A stretch of 63,408 nucleotides of DNA, the filler included, from Choristocarpus tenellus KU-1152 (Eukaryota > Protista > Phaeophyceae): the NCBI GenBank assembly GCA_964200185.2. It is 9 parts of 9 records of this genome, joined end to end, with 100 filler letters (N's around TTAATTAATTAA, not from the genome) between each part and the next. Parts side by side here need not be neighbours in the genome. Positions count along the whole stretch, not along the records: positions 46,350 to 59,999 come from CAXNAD020001425.1; positions 60,100 to 63,408 come from CAXNAD020020893.1; 7 more parts are not named here. One strand, written 5' to 3'. The notes under the pieces are model-generated. The model saw only the letters and a list, made by a program, of their open reading frames with translations. It was not told where the DNA came from and did no database searches. Within the stretch, counting starts at the first letter, position 1. Each line of letters opens with the position of its first letter. The translations under genes were made by a program, and so were the position numbers. This document shows, piece after piece, positions 51,474-63,408 of this stretch.

Positions 51474-52580
51474 GGTCGATCAAAATCCAAACTAGGCATT
51501 TGGGGTTACTTCTGGACGTCTACTTGCTTTCAGGTACATGATGTGTGACGACACTTTTTTTTCTTCTATTTTTCAACTTTTCAAGTTTTTTGAGAAGATG
51601 TTGTGATAGACTCTTGGCAAATGCTTCTTCCCCAAAATATGAAGTCACATTTTAATCCAATGAGGTACTCACCTCTTTTCTCTTGATCAAGAATCATGGT
51701 TGGAGACTTGGGTTCTTGCCCCTTTCTCCCAGTGTAACACAAAATGAATTATCATGTTGGTTTTAAAAGGATGTGCACATTGTCATTTTAATTCAAGGTA
51801 TGACCAAGCATCTTCAAACCTTAAACTTAAACCCTCATATCAATCACTTGACATTAGAGTGTTGGAGATATGTGTTCAATATCAAGAGACAATATTTGAA
51901 GTCAAAACAATGAAAAAAAGTGTGAACATTTTTTTCATCACATTGGCCGAGTGTTACCCCACCTACCTTACAAGGGCAGGATCAGGTACTCTCAAAGAGC
52001 AACCAGGGGGAACCAACCCAATCACCCTCAATTCTATACCAAATATAAATGCTGAATACAAGAAACAATTTCTGGCATGCACATCATGCTAACCAAGTAG
52101 GTACCACAAAATGAAAGTTCAAACTTCAAACTCTTCCTTGTTGTGTATCTCAAATCAGAACATGTTTTTCAGTACAAAATCTACAGCCAAAAGATATCTC
52201 ATACAGCTACTTTTGACATGTCACACTGCCCCATACATTCCCTTTCCCCTATTACTTGTCGCACGAATAAATCAAACAACAGGACACTTTATTCGGGGGC
52301 AAGGGTGTCGCATGTGTAGTGTAAGTAGGCACGTGGGAGTCCCTCTCCCACCCTGCCCACCCTGGAGCCAACAAGTAACTACCAATGCTACTGTACCTTT
52401 CAAATATGCCAATTGTCTACATGGCACTAATGTCTTTGTGCCAAGATCTCCATGCTCTCACCAGACAGTCCCCCAATATATAGATTAAGCGCTCAAGGTA
52501 CACAACAGAAATAGTGTTATGATGATGTTCCCCCTTCGACCCACAAAAGTGAGAAAAAAGGGTCAAGCAGATGCTCTGGT

Positions 52581-55500
52581 TTACTTTAGCAGTGAGCCAT
52601 ACACGGCTGAGTAAAGTCCTGCCTGCATCACTGCACCACCCAAGATGTTACCAAGGGTCACTGGGAGGATGTTCTTGACAAAGATATCAAGCCAAGAAGC
52701 GTTGCCACCACTAAGCTTTCCGATTGGGAGCAAGAACATGTTGGCCACCTGCCATGTTTGATGTAGAGTTGGAGGGGGACAGATAGTCGAGATATTTCGG
52801 GGGGAGATGTAAGCGGCTGTTTGTTTTGTGTCTGTGATCCAAAGTATCAAGATAAATAGGATATTCATTTGATGTCTCACATGATCAACGGGACTGACAT
52901 GATACAAGCCCAACACATCAACAACCAAACGAGTGTGGTGAGGACATACTTGTCCTTAACTGCTACAGGAAACCGCAACACTGTTACCTTGGACATTTTG
53001 GTTTCTTAGAATGGAGAACAAGGTTGTAGTGTGTCCAAACAATTATCAATAGAATGGCAACATTGCCAGAAATACTATCGGAGAGATATCCACTGGGTTT
53101 GATTTGTACACATTAATAATGGCAAATGAATTTTGGCTAGTATTGTGCTGCAGAAACCATGTGTTTTCATCAATATTTTCCAACCAGGTTTGTATCCAAT
53201 AGGTAATGCAAAGCTGTTTTACCCCTAAACGATTTTGCATTAATGTACTAGTGAAGAAATATCTGCAAACACAGTAGTACTTTACATGGTTTTGGAACTG
53301 ATGCTAAACTCTACCAACTGATAAAATTGCACCCAGGAATTAGCACCTGGTCTACTCAATTCAAGTCAAGGCATGAAGGGGACCATGAACCTTGGTGTCT
53401 GGTTATACAAAATTCCAGCCATTTCAAATCAAACTCATGAAGCCATGAACAAAAAAAGGATCAGTGATCAATTATTCTCCAACAGTAAACAATTCAAGCA
53501 CCTAATGGTTTTTAAGTATTGGGTACAGGGGCTAAAACTAACTGTTGCACAATAGTACCCCTAACGTGTCTGAAGCACCCCCTAGGAAGGGGATCCCATG
53601 GAGATTATTAGTAGTGGCCATGAAGAGATTTCAAGTTCATTATTTACTGTGAATGGTTTTTGTGGATGAAGTAGGTTGATTCCATCACTTTCTCCTATAC
53701 CCCCTGCACTGACCCATCTCTACTAAAGCTTGGGCATATTGTCTGATCAACCCTCAAATAGACTCAAAGTGAAATTTTAGCACATCTCTAGTTCTACATA
53801 ATTTTGATATGGGGGTGATCTGACTCTACAAATATTTTAGCACTACTGAGCATGTAAATATATATGCTTTGAAGAGGGTACCAAATAGATGTATTCCAGC
53901 CTCAGCAGTATGGTATGACTGTGAAAGAGCCAAGGACGATATGTACTATTGAGTATGTACTGTATTGGCAGAATAAATTATAATGTCACACCAATCCTTT
54001 GAAATCCCCATCATCTGGTTGGCAGAAATCTCATGATTTGGCCTCAAAATCGCTGGCCTGAGGATTTTTTTTACTATATTTGCTACACTGACTTCAAAGC
54101 ATGTTGATCTATATACTGTGAACTTGTAATACCCTACTTGAACGTATATATGATAATCGATTTTCAAAACTAGTTTCATCTTCCTCACTGAATGCTCTGC
54201 ACCAAAAGCCACAAAAGCAGACACAGGAAGGACCATGGCCAGATACTTCTCAGTTAGACCTGAAGTGCCTGTAGCAACCCAGACTGCCAAGGGGAGAGAG
54301 AGCATACACCAGAAAAAAAAAAAGTTTCAACTTTGAAGAGATGATAGGGTGGACAAGTTGTCAGTTAGACTTACGGGGCTTCTTTTGTGTGGGCTTGGTA
54401 GAAAATGGTGAGGGGAAGGAGCAATCCCATACTAATCCAATTAGGAAACTGTGTGATCACTTGGTGCAAGCAATGATGTGCATAGGTTGAGGGCATACAT
54501 GGTGCGATATGTGCATTCTGTTTCCACTGGTAACCTGCAATTGTAATACTCATTGTATGGTAATAATGAACTCAAATGCATCAATTCAAAGTTTACCGTA
54601 AATCCTCCTTTCAGGGAGAAATAGGTGATGCAACTATCAGCCAGAGTGTACGTTTTTCTCACCTGCCATGCACACCATCCAGTTGCACACAATACCCTTC
54701 AGGACAGTCTTGAGGAAGGGGGAGGCACACTTGGCCACAACGATCTTGGCAGCGGCATCAGGAGAAGAATTGATACCTGCCAGCACGGCCAAATAAGCGA
54801 GGAATAGAGATCCCAGAAGGTTCCCAGCATATGACAGTGTCCAATTCTTGATGAGCTGCCTGCAGTGTTACGAAATGATGCAAGCACATTTGTTGTTGGC
54901 GAGGTGGCACTACATATTATGGTGGGATGAATAAGTGGGATGAATACTGGGCACAAAGAGGTGGAATTACCCATGCTGTTTGCATCCAGACTACCATACT
55001 GCAGCCAGCATCCATGTATACACAGTGCAGTTGGACCTAGCATGCGCTATAATTTGAATTGCAGTCATATTGTTGGCATCATTTTTTGATCATCACATAT
55101 TACGTTCAGGAGATGTGAAATGTTTACATAGTGACTATTTGCCAGTATATATACATACTTGTGCCCTTCAATGGTGCTGTCTTCAACTGTTGCATCATCA
55201 TCATTCCACCTGATCAATAGCTAGGCGAAAACTTTGCATGTGAGAGCAGGATCAATGAGGAAAGGAGTTGTTCTTGAGCCATGTTTGATCTCAATCTCAT
55301 ACATTCTTGTCAGGTTTACATGACAGCTTGTACCTGAGCACCTCCGTTAGTAATTTCCACAGCAGTGGTAAGGATAAGTTAAAACATGCTAACCCCAACC
55401 TGCCCCACTCAAGTATAAACTGCATCAGCATACATTCGACCATAATCTTGAGGCGTGTCTCACTTGACTGTGGCTTTGCCCTCAATGAGTGCTGCAGTGA

Positions 55501-56722
55501 CTACAGCAGTATTCCCAGTGAATAGCTCTCCTCCCCCTACTATCACCATGTAGAGACCGAAAGGAAGGCCGAAGATGCCAAAGAGCAGTTTCTGCAGACC
55601 AGGATTGGCAGTCTGCAGGGCAGGAAAAGGGCAAATGGGATATTCACCTTTTAACATTGTGTGCTTTGGCAAACATTAAGGCTTGCAGTTGCCAAATGTA
55701 GTGTATGAACAATAGCACGAAAGTTTATGAAGCCAGAATCAAAAAGAGAACAGAGAAGAAGGTGCAGCACAACTCTTCACGTTATGCACGGATTAAAGGA
55801 AACTGTAACGAAACGTGACGGACAAGGGAACGAGACAGTGCATTAGAGCTGAATAACGAGGCGCAAGGACGTGCGCCCGAACAAGACTTAACGAAAAGGA
55901 TGCAGGAACGGGCTTACTAGAGGGAGTAAGTACTCACGGCCATGGCAGGAATGTTGGCACCAACTGTTAGGGCTAGGAGTCCGCCAAAAGCGATATGGCA
56001 CCCGGAGATGAACCCAAGCATCAAGGTGTTCTGGCACGATCCCGTGGCCTTCTTCTCCCCGACGGCTACAGCATTCTCATATAGACCTAGCGGAGGCTTG
56101 ACATCCCCACCCCTCACCATCAGGGCATTTTCCATGGGCAACCTCATGCCTGGTTTCTCAGTAACCGACTGCGGCTTCTGTGAATTGTTCGGGTAGTGTA
56201 AGGGTCGAGCAGAACAAGGGGAAGGTAACATTTGATGGACTCAGTCTGCGTGACAGTTGCCAGGAACGTTTGACTCTATTGGGCGCAGATGTAAGCAAAT
56301 AACTCTCTAAATTTATGCAAGACTACCTCCTCGGCCCCGTTTAAGGTTCGCAACACAGGTCATTTATCCACCCACCTGAGTCCACACGGACTTAGGAGTT
56401 GTGGTTGCGGCTGAGGGCATTCGAGTGAACAAGAGCAGGGACACAGGAGGTGAGAGGGAATGAGCACGGAAATTGCAATACATTTTTGAGGGTTTATATC
56501 ATCATACACGATGCGTTGGTCAGAGGACGCGATGTAAACACGAAGGGTGGCAGAGAAAGCTTCTATGTAGGTGCTCACCAGGAGACGTTCCTTCGGAGTA
56601 GCATGCAACATGTTCTGCACTGAACTTTTGCTTGAGAATAGAAGTACGGCAATCTGCTTGACAAGTCATAAGGACTCACCTGCGCAGGCCAGAACACCCA
56701 AAAACGCGAAGGCGACCTTCAT
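52581..56722 (-). CDS. NAR1: Formate/nitrite transporter (FNT, NAR1-like), probably plastid-targeted, ~315 aa (exons 56722-56680, 56562-56542, 56410-56376, 56177-55938, 55612-55464, 54859-54663, 54283-54189, 52748-52581)
   Basis: FNT motifs GLPFGL..GGELFTGN, KNWTLSYAGNLLGS, KGIVCNWMVCMAVW, FVAFGAEHSVANMF, NILPVTLGNILGG. N-terminus MKVAFAFLGVLACAEAF. All phases compatible; the 21-nt exon 2 is the least certain part. Confidence 0.92.
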
Positions 56723-58479
56723 GATTCTAGATACTTCGCTGTTGGATATTTTCTCCGGACGAGGGGAAAGGGTAAAGGTGTATCGCCACAAATACACACG
56801 AGCGTTCTTCTGCTTTCAATCTGTAGCCCAGGATGTACTCTGATAACTCTACAAAGATGAGTGTCAATGTATCCTGGTTTGGGTTTCGAATTGGAATAGC
56901 CTTGTCCAATAAGGATTCGGGTTTGATCCAGCAACGAGTTGGAACCAGTTGTGCAGTGTGAGGTCAACTTGATGAACTTTTGTTGACACCGCGCGAAAAT
57001 CCGCGCGCATGTGCATTCACTCTTACAAACGAGGAACGAATACAACAAAGAAGAGTCATGACGTCACATGCGATAGGGTATGTTAGTTCGTCATACATAC
57101 ATTTGACACCTTACGAGGAAGATGGAAGACTACATTCACCACGGGTATCAAGCAGGTTTCTAGCAACACCTGAATTTTTGGACGTAGAAAAGACTAGACA
57201 TAGTGCCTCTCAACGCATCTGTGACCAGCTGCTGAAAGAACAGGAATACACCAAGGAAAGGTGGGGGCGACACTTTGAGGTCCTCCGCCACGTCAGTCAA
57301 CCTCAATCCCAATAGCGATGAGTCATTCGACCAACGGTCCGCTTACATGGTACTCACTGATAACAATGGTAGAAATGAATGCACCAACCTGAGACATGGT
57401 AAACGGGAAGGAGATGCACACAGATTATTTTCTAGTAGTGGTGATTCTGAAACTTGGCCCCCACGATGATGACATTGTCCTTCAGGATTTCCTTAAGACT
57501 GGATAATACCGCAAGTCTGGAAGACATACAGTCATGACAGTGTTATAAGAGAGGAAGAATCAAACGAACTTTGGTATCTACAAAGACATTTGATGTTGGA
57601 ACCTGAATCGAATGCATCGTAGTTGTGATCAGAATGCGTACACTACGAGCGATGAGGAATCATGGTGTTGAAAAAAGCACCGATGAGTAAAATGCGTAGT
57701 CTGTCTGTTGTGTTGTGAATAGATGTGATTGTGCTGCGAGGCACCGATGTATTTATTCTGTTGTAACCGAGGTCATTGATTGCTCAGTCAAAAATGATGT
57801 GATGTGAATTCAGTGTTCTTCATGATGAGATACTCAACGAAAGAAGTCCATGATCTGTGGATAAGCTTGTTACCTTGGCTGGCAAGGTTTTTATGGATGG
57901 TTTTAACTCTGAATATATTACATCCAGGTGTGCATCAGGTACACTTATTCCAGAGTGAGGTTGATGTATCATGAGAGGTGAATGACAACCAAGAAAGAAA
58001 TAATAATCAACAATTAACGTAGAACTGTCATCTTCTAGTGATAAGAAGAAGAAAGAGAGAAAATAAAAAAGGAAAAACAAGAGAATAACAAAATAAACTT
58101 CAATCTATATACGATGCAACTCAAGCGACGCATACTATTCCTGTATGTAGAATGGAGACCAAATGTTCTGCATTGTGAAGTTTTGAAGGTAATGGATGGT
58201 GAGGTGATGATGAACTAGCGACAGTAATGACCAGTGTGTAACAGACCAATTAACAGTCAGTATTGACTGGTAGATGTGTATCGTCAAAGAAAAACAGATG
58301 AGTAGCCAATGTTTTAACATTTGATTTGTTGCACAACCTGGCAAAACGATTATCAAGATTTCGTTACGAAGATTTGAAGGTTTGCCTGTAACCAGAAAGC
58401 ATGCCTTGTGAGGATGCGATTCCCGACCTCAGCAATTCAGAGTGGACATGATGGTGTACAACCAACGAACTCGAAGAGG

Positions 58480-59215
58480 AAACGTATGTTGATCATAATA
58501 TGTTCTAATTGCCTACAGACAGCATATGATTATGTTGACCCAATCTCCTGTGTATGGTGGGCGTGCCTCCCAACCTTGGAGTGGCTGAGACGACGATCTC
58601 AGGGCTCAAAGTATTTGAGGGGGGGTGGCGGCTGTCCATTTGGGTTCATTTTTTCATGTCGCGATTTCTGGGTGATTTGTTGCATACGTCGGATGGATAA
58701 TGTAAGTACGCTTTTCCTGGTTTTGCCGCAAATGGACACCCTGATGTAGACCCCCCCCTCCCCCATATACTTTGGGTCTCAGCCATTCTCCAATTCCATG
58801 TTGGAATGCAAGCATGAGTCCGCATGGATGATGGAAAGTGCACCGTTTGGTTTGAGATCAGCAAGGCCTTCGTCAAGGATGTGTTCTTGCCCCTATCCGG
58901 TTCAACATATTCTTCATCACAGTCCTAACCATGGCGGTTAAGGAGTTCAATCCTGGCCTGTTCATCTGCAAGGACCTTACTGTCATTGAGGGAGCTGCTA
59001 GAAACATCCAGGTCAGAGGAGGAGTTATAGGGAGTGGGGTGTTTTGGGGGGTAGTAATTGAGCAGCACCGGCAGGGTGTATCCTCTATGCCTATGATATG
59101 AGCATTCATTGTGTCTAAGAGACCCAAGGAAGTCTGCCCAAGACGACGATAGTCATTGTGAAGATGGCTAGGACATTCACACTCACCGTATCTGAGTTGA
59201 AGACGAAGCCATATT
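58480..59215 (+). mobile_element. Degenerate RTE-type LINE RT relic interrupted by a MITE
   Basis: LQTAYDYVD..., ISAILQFHVGMQA*VRMDDGKCTVWFEI..GLRQGCVLAPIRFNIFF, and ...FTLTVSELKTK, all RT domain motifs with stops and frameshifts. Confidence 0.8.
58603..58778. mobile_element. MITE family A, copy 4, with 4-bp TSD TCAG
   Basis: atc[TCAG]GGCTCAAAGTAT...ATACTTTGGGTC[TCAG]cc. Removing the element and one TSD restores the RT frame ATC TCA GCC ATT CTC CAA TTC CAT. Confidence 0.85.
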
Positions 59216-59724
59216 TTCCTCACCTCAAAAAAATTGTACGTCGTTGCACACTCTATACTCTACTGTTACTGTTACTATCAAAGAATACGGTTTCGAACCC
59301 CTACCACATCTGTGCACACACATGTTGCAGGTCTGGGGTTCATGCCGTACTACGTAGCTGCAAGGAGAGGGACAAGTTTGATTGTTTTGAGGCACTTTTG
59401 GTGAGGGCACTGATATCTCAACAGAGATGATTCGATAGGTTTAAAAGGTCAGGAACTGTTTTGGCGAGTACAGTCAAGTGCTCTATGACAGAACTAGGTA
59501 GGTTTAGATGTCGTACGTAAGTCACTCCTCCATTATAGTAAGCCACGTTTCTTTCTGATTTTGCCTTGCATTCCGTCTTCAGCCATCTGTGGTCGCATCC
59601 TTTCCAAGGTGGTCTTGATTAGGGATACCCACCAGTTCTTCTCTACAATGTACTTATCACCATTACAGTTCGGATTGAAGATATGATAGATCGTTACATT
59701 ATGAGAAGTAGCATTTATTTTGAT

Positions 59725-59999
59725 AATTATGTTATTGTGCCCTCTGACATTTTGCAGATGTGTCAGGGGGGAAACCAATGAAAACTATACATATGTCGTT
59801 ATTAGCCCTAAAGAGATAAATATCCTAAACGTAAGAACACCATAATACATTGTAAGTATGGAAACCACTAATCTATCAGTTACTTCACCAATATAAAATA
59901 TTGTACTACTGTCTTCCTTTGCTTCCTGTCTACCTACTCCTGTGCCCCGGGGGGGGGAGCTAGGGAGGCATCCCAAGAATTCAACTGAACCCTCCGTGC
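59725..59999 (-). mobile_element. 3'-UTR of the RLE/CRE-like LINE, truncated by the contig end
   Basis: Colinear with 13010-13270, including GGGGGGGAGCTAGGGAGGCATCCC. Confidence 0.8.
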
Positions 60000-60253
60000 N
60001 NNNNNNNNNNNNNNNNNNNNNNNNNNNNNNNNNNNNNNNNNNNTTAATTAATTAANNNNNNNNNNNNNNNNNNNNNNNNNNNNNNNNNNNNNNNNNNNNC
60101 TTTTTATTTTTACCCATATTGCACTGGCTCTATTGTACCTTTTTTCTGGTGTTGGTTGTTTTTGCTCGTGTTCTGTTTTTTTTTTTTAATGCTACAGCTG
60201 CTGGCTATAGCTATATAGCTATATAGCTAACATACTATTTTTCCCCGTGTCAG

Positions 60254-61443
60254 GCTGCAGCAAGACTCCGCAAGTCTGTTGCTCTGTGCAGAGAGAGTCT
60301 GAGGGAGAGCGTGACTCTTCTGAGAAAGATTGAACAAACTGCAGCGCAGGTACATAGCGTAGTGTATCTATCTAATCTATCTAATCTATCTATCTTATCT
60401 TTGTATTTGTGAATGAATAGTATATTTTTTTATGTTAATGAGATGTGTTGAGATAGATTGTCGATGACAAGCAAGGCACTTTCACTCAAGCACTGACAGG
60501 CAGATGGGTGTCCCACAACCAAGCTGGGGGGGAGGGGGCTGGGGAGAGCTGGGCTCTTGGTTTTGTGTTTGATCTGTGATCTCCTTTGATCGTTGTGTCC
60601 ATTGCCATCACTTTTTGATAGCCGACGAACCTTTTAATTTTGTTTGTGATCCATTTAAAAAAAAAAAGGTTTTAGACCTCTTTCCTGATTTGGCGTTGGC
60701 GGTGGAGGAGGGAGAACCGGCACTGGCGCACGATTTCTTTTCAACAGTGAAGGTGAAAATAATAGTTAATAAATAGTACATACACATATAGTAGTAGCGT
60801 ATCATTTCTCCTCAACAGTGAAGGTGAGAATAATAGTTAATAAATAGTACATACACATATAGTAGTAGTGTATCATTTCTCCTCAACAGTGAAGGTGAGA
60901 ATAATAGTTAATAAATAATACATAGTACATGCATATAATCAACATATATATATTACTGTGTTTGTGTGGAAGAATTAGAAACGTCACGATCCATCAAATC
61001 TCGTAAAAAGTGAGATCAAATCAAATCTCATGTAGAGAGTGCATTGTCGTGTGGAGGTGTCCAGAAAGGTAGAAATCCTAGTACGTTTATTTGTCAAACC
61101 CGCTTGGGAGCTGTCCCTTCACTCTCCTCTCCTCCCCTGCCCTGACTTCCCCCCCCCCAGTCTAACTTGTGTCTGAGTGCTGTAGTTGTGTGTTTTGGGG
61201 GCCTTGGTGTGGCTTTATGGTTCATAGGCGAGGGGTACTGTTCATCTCAACTTTTGCTTTAAAGAAAAAAAATAATATATATATATATGTATTGGGGATT
61301 TTGTTTTTAGAATATTATTTTTAAGTGCGTCAGTTTAAAATGTATTGGGCATTTTGTTTTTTTTAAAGATATATATATATTACACAGGTGATCAATTTCT
61401 AACCCTAACCCTAAATGCCCCCAAGCTGATCAAACGCAACCCC

Positions 61444-61483
<40 letters not shown>

Positions 61484-63408
61484 TCTTAGTGCATCAGTTT
61501 CACTCTGAAGGAAACCCGATTCGATTTTTGTATATTTTTTCAAGGTGGGTTGAAGGGGATGAAGTCCCGAGGTTCATGTCTTCGCTACAGTGCTGAAGAG
61601 GTGCCTGTGATTTTGTATATGAGCTTGCTCTCTCTTACTTCCCCCTAGTTATATTGTGTGCACTATACTTTGTAGGTAGAAAGGGTAGCCACGAAATAAA
61701 ATTAATAATAAAGCACTGCCCGGGTTGTCTCATGTCCCCCCCTCCTCCTCTCTGTTTTTCATTTTCTTAAATACTTTTTTATTCAGTTTTTTTCAGTTTT
61801 AAAGAAATGAAGTACACGTCTGTATATTTTCCCCACTTTACCTACTCTTTGTTTTCTTTTTACTTCATTACCACTGCGTCCCCACTTTTTATTCAATTAA
61901 CAAAATTAAAACTGTTTTATTTTATTTTATTTTATTTCATTTTGTGAAAAAAAAAAAGGGCTGGGTTCGAGAGATGTACGAGGCAGTGGCATTGGTGCAG
62001 GTCAAGAACAGCTCGAATGCCAAGGAAGTCAGCCAAACCATGGAGCAGCAGATGAATGTGAGAGCTTGAAGAGTGCATGCCTGTATGCCAGTATGCATGC
62101 ATGCTGTGTCCTTTTGAGTGTGTTGAGTCTTTTCTGTTGGGGATAATCCAATCAGTACATAAAAAGGGTATACCCCCCACATCAGGCATACCAGAGAGGA
62201 CAAATCAACCTGTAACTGCCACCTCCCACGCTGCATGAAAACCCCACCCCGTGATAGAGCCGGTTTTTCTCGTCGAGAGTAGAAGACAACAAACAGATAG
62301 GACCTCTCTAATGCCTTGCGTGGTGTGTATATATATATATATACAGGGTTAGGTTGGGTTTTTTTTTTTTTTTTCACACCATCACCATCACCATCGCATA
62401 CAATTATTATTTATTTTTTTAACCAGATGAGGAGTGACCGCATTGTTTTTGTTGTTGTGCATTACAGCAGTGGGTACTAGAATAGTGAATTATATATTAA
62501 TTCAGATTGAGTAGGGTTTTTTTTTAATTTCCTCATCACTTCTGTTGTTCTGTTGGTGGTGGTGCTAGTGCTGACCTCTGGTCCTCCTCCCCCGCTCATA
62601 CACGTGTACGGATTTGAACGGATTTAAACAAATCCTGGACTGTCTCATCCTTGCAATTGCAATCGCCAGTTTGGTTCTGGAAACCCTGGATTTGTTGCAC
62701 ACAGTGGGCGGGGGGGGCTGAGTGGTGACCTCGAGACAGATGCTGCTCGCCAGGTACTGAACTGGGGAGCAGAGAGGGTGGAGGTGTAATGTGGTAAAAA
62801 TTTGGAGAGGAATGGGGTAGTGAACGAACAAAGGGGCCTTCTAGTTTCTCTTTTGCATCTTACCTCTTTTATTATTATTTTTTTTTCGAGTTGAAGTATG
62901 AAGCGTTTTGTTTTGGGAACATCCGCTTCCTTTTTGTTGTTGTTGTTTTTTAACACTTTTCTTGTGGTTTGTGTTAGTGATAATAACATTATTATTATTA
63001 TTATCATTATTGTTTTTGTTGTTGATGATGTAGTAGTAGTATAAAATTTACGATAAAAAAGTTGAAATTCGTTTTAAAACTGGAAATACAATGTACCGAT
63101 ATTATTCTTATTGTTTTTATTATTTTTTTATTATTTTTTTTTGCAGAGCGACCTCATCGCCGTTGACCCAGATACATTCGAGCTGGTTCGGCAGCGGATT
63201 CAAACTCTACAGGTTGTGGAGAACTCTGTGAGCTCGGGAGGGGGGGCGAAGGAGGAGGTGGGAACGAAACCCCCCTCCCCCCCACCCGTGGGGGAGGCTA
63301 TAAGCGATGAGAAGCTGATGGACCTTTTCTTGCTAATGGCTAGGAGTGTAAGAGTGCAGGGGCAGGGGAGTCCAAATGCAGCCGAGGGGGAAGGGGAGGG
63401 GGGCGAGC
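60254..63408 (+). CDS. Internal exons of an unidentified multi-exon gene (~60254-60349, ~60669-60752, ~61959-62057, ~62670-62753, 63147-end)
   Basis: GT-AG-bounded phase-0 open exons: AAARLRKSVALCRESLRESVTLLRKIEQTAAQ / VLDLFPDLALAVEEGEPALAHDFFSTVK / GWVREMYEAVALVQVKNSSNAKEVSQTMEQQMN / ... / SDLIAVDPDTFELVRQRIQTLQ. No family recognised. Confidence 0.6.
60741..60920 (+). repeat. 71-bp tandem repeat (~2.5 copies) spanning an exon-intron junction
   Basis: TCAACAGTGAAGGTGA(A/G)AATAATAGTTAATAAATA... starts at 60741, 60812 and 60883. Confidence 0.9.

Noticed and set aside
59738-59785. Conserved hairpin as a hammerhead ribozyme or tRNA-derived SINE
   Set aside because: No CUGANGA core and no A/B boxes. 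It is contiguous with a LINE ORF end at 13000-13530.
8451-60099. Regularly recurring TTAATTAATTAA flanked by Ns as a biological repeat or CRISPR-like array
   Set aside because: Fixed-length artificial six-frame-stop linker used to concatenate contigs. It also invalidates any gene-cluster argument across contigs.

Overview
Eukaryotic, intron-rich genomic DNA, most likely a brown alga or close stramenopile relative. This is an inference from GT-AG introns, TTAGGG-type repeats, a type III metacaspase and a bipartite plastid presequence on NAR1. The window is nine separate contigs joined by artificial 100-bp N-TTAATTAATTAA-N linkers, so adjacency across linkers means nothing. Genes reconstructed by hand with phase-compatible exons: AP-4 mu subunit (5' part), a divergent small PH-domain protein, a tandem GT-A/GT2 membrane glycosyltransferase (~750 aa), the 3' half of a type III metacaspase, an NT5C/HAD nucleotidase, a NAR1/FNT nitrite-formate transporter, and several hypothetical proteins. 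Mobile DNA: two RTE-type LINE relics, eight 3'-end fragments of an RLE/CRE-like LINE with a conserved terminal stem-loop, a MITE family (one copy has a clean 4-bp TSD) and a foldback element. The most novel feature is contig 13774-18669. It holds a six-exon Sola-like DDD transposase pseudogene head-to-head with a spliced ParB/sulfiredoxin-fold (DGNHR) gene, separated by a spacer with degenerate CCCTAA/TTTAGGG repeats. This is a candidate undescribed two-gene DNA transposon. All family assignments come from motif recognition; no database searches were run.
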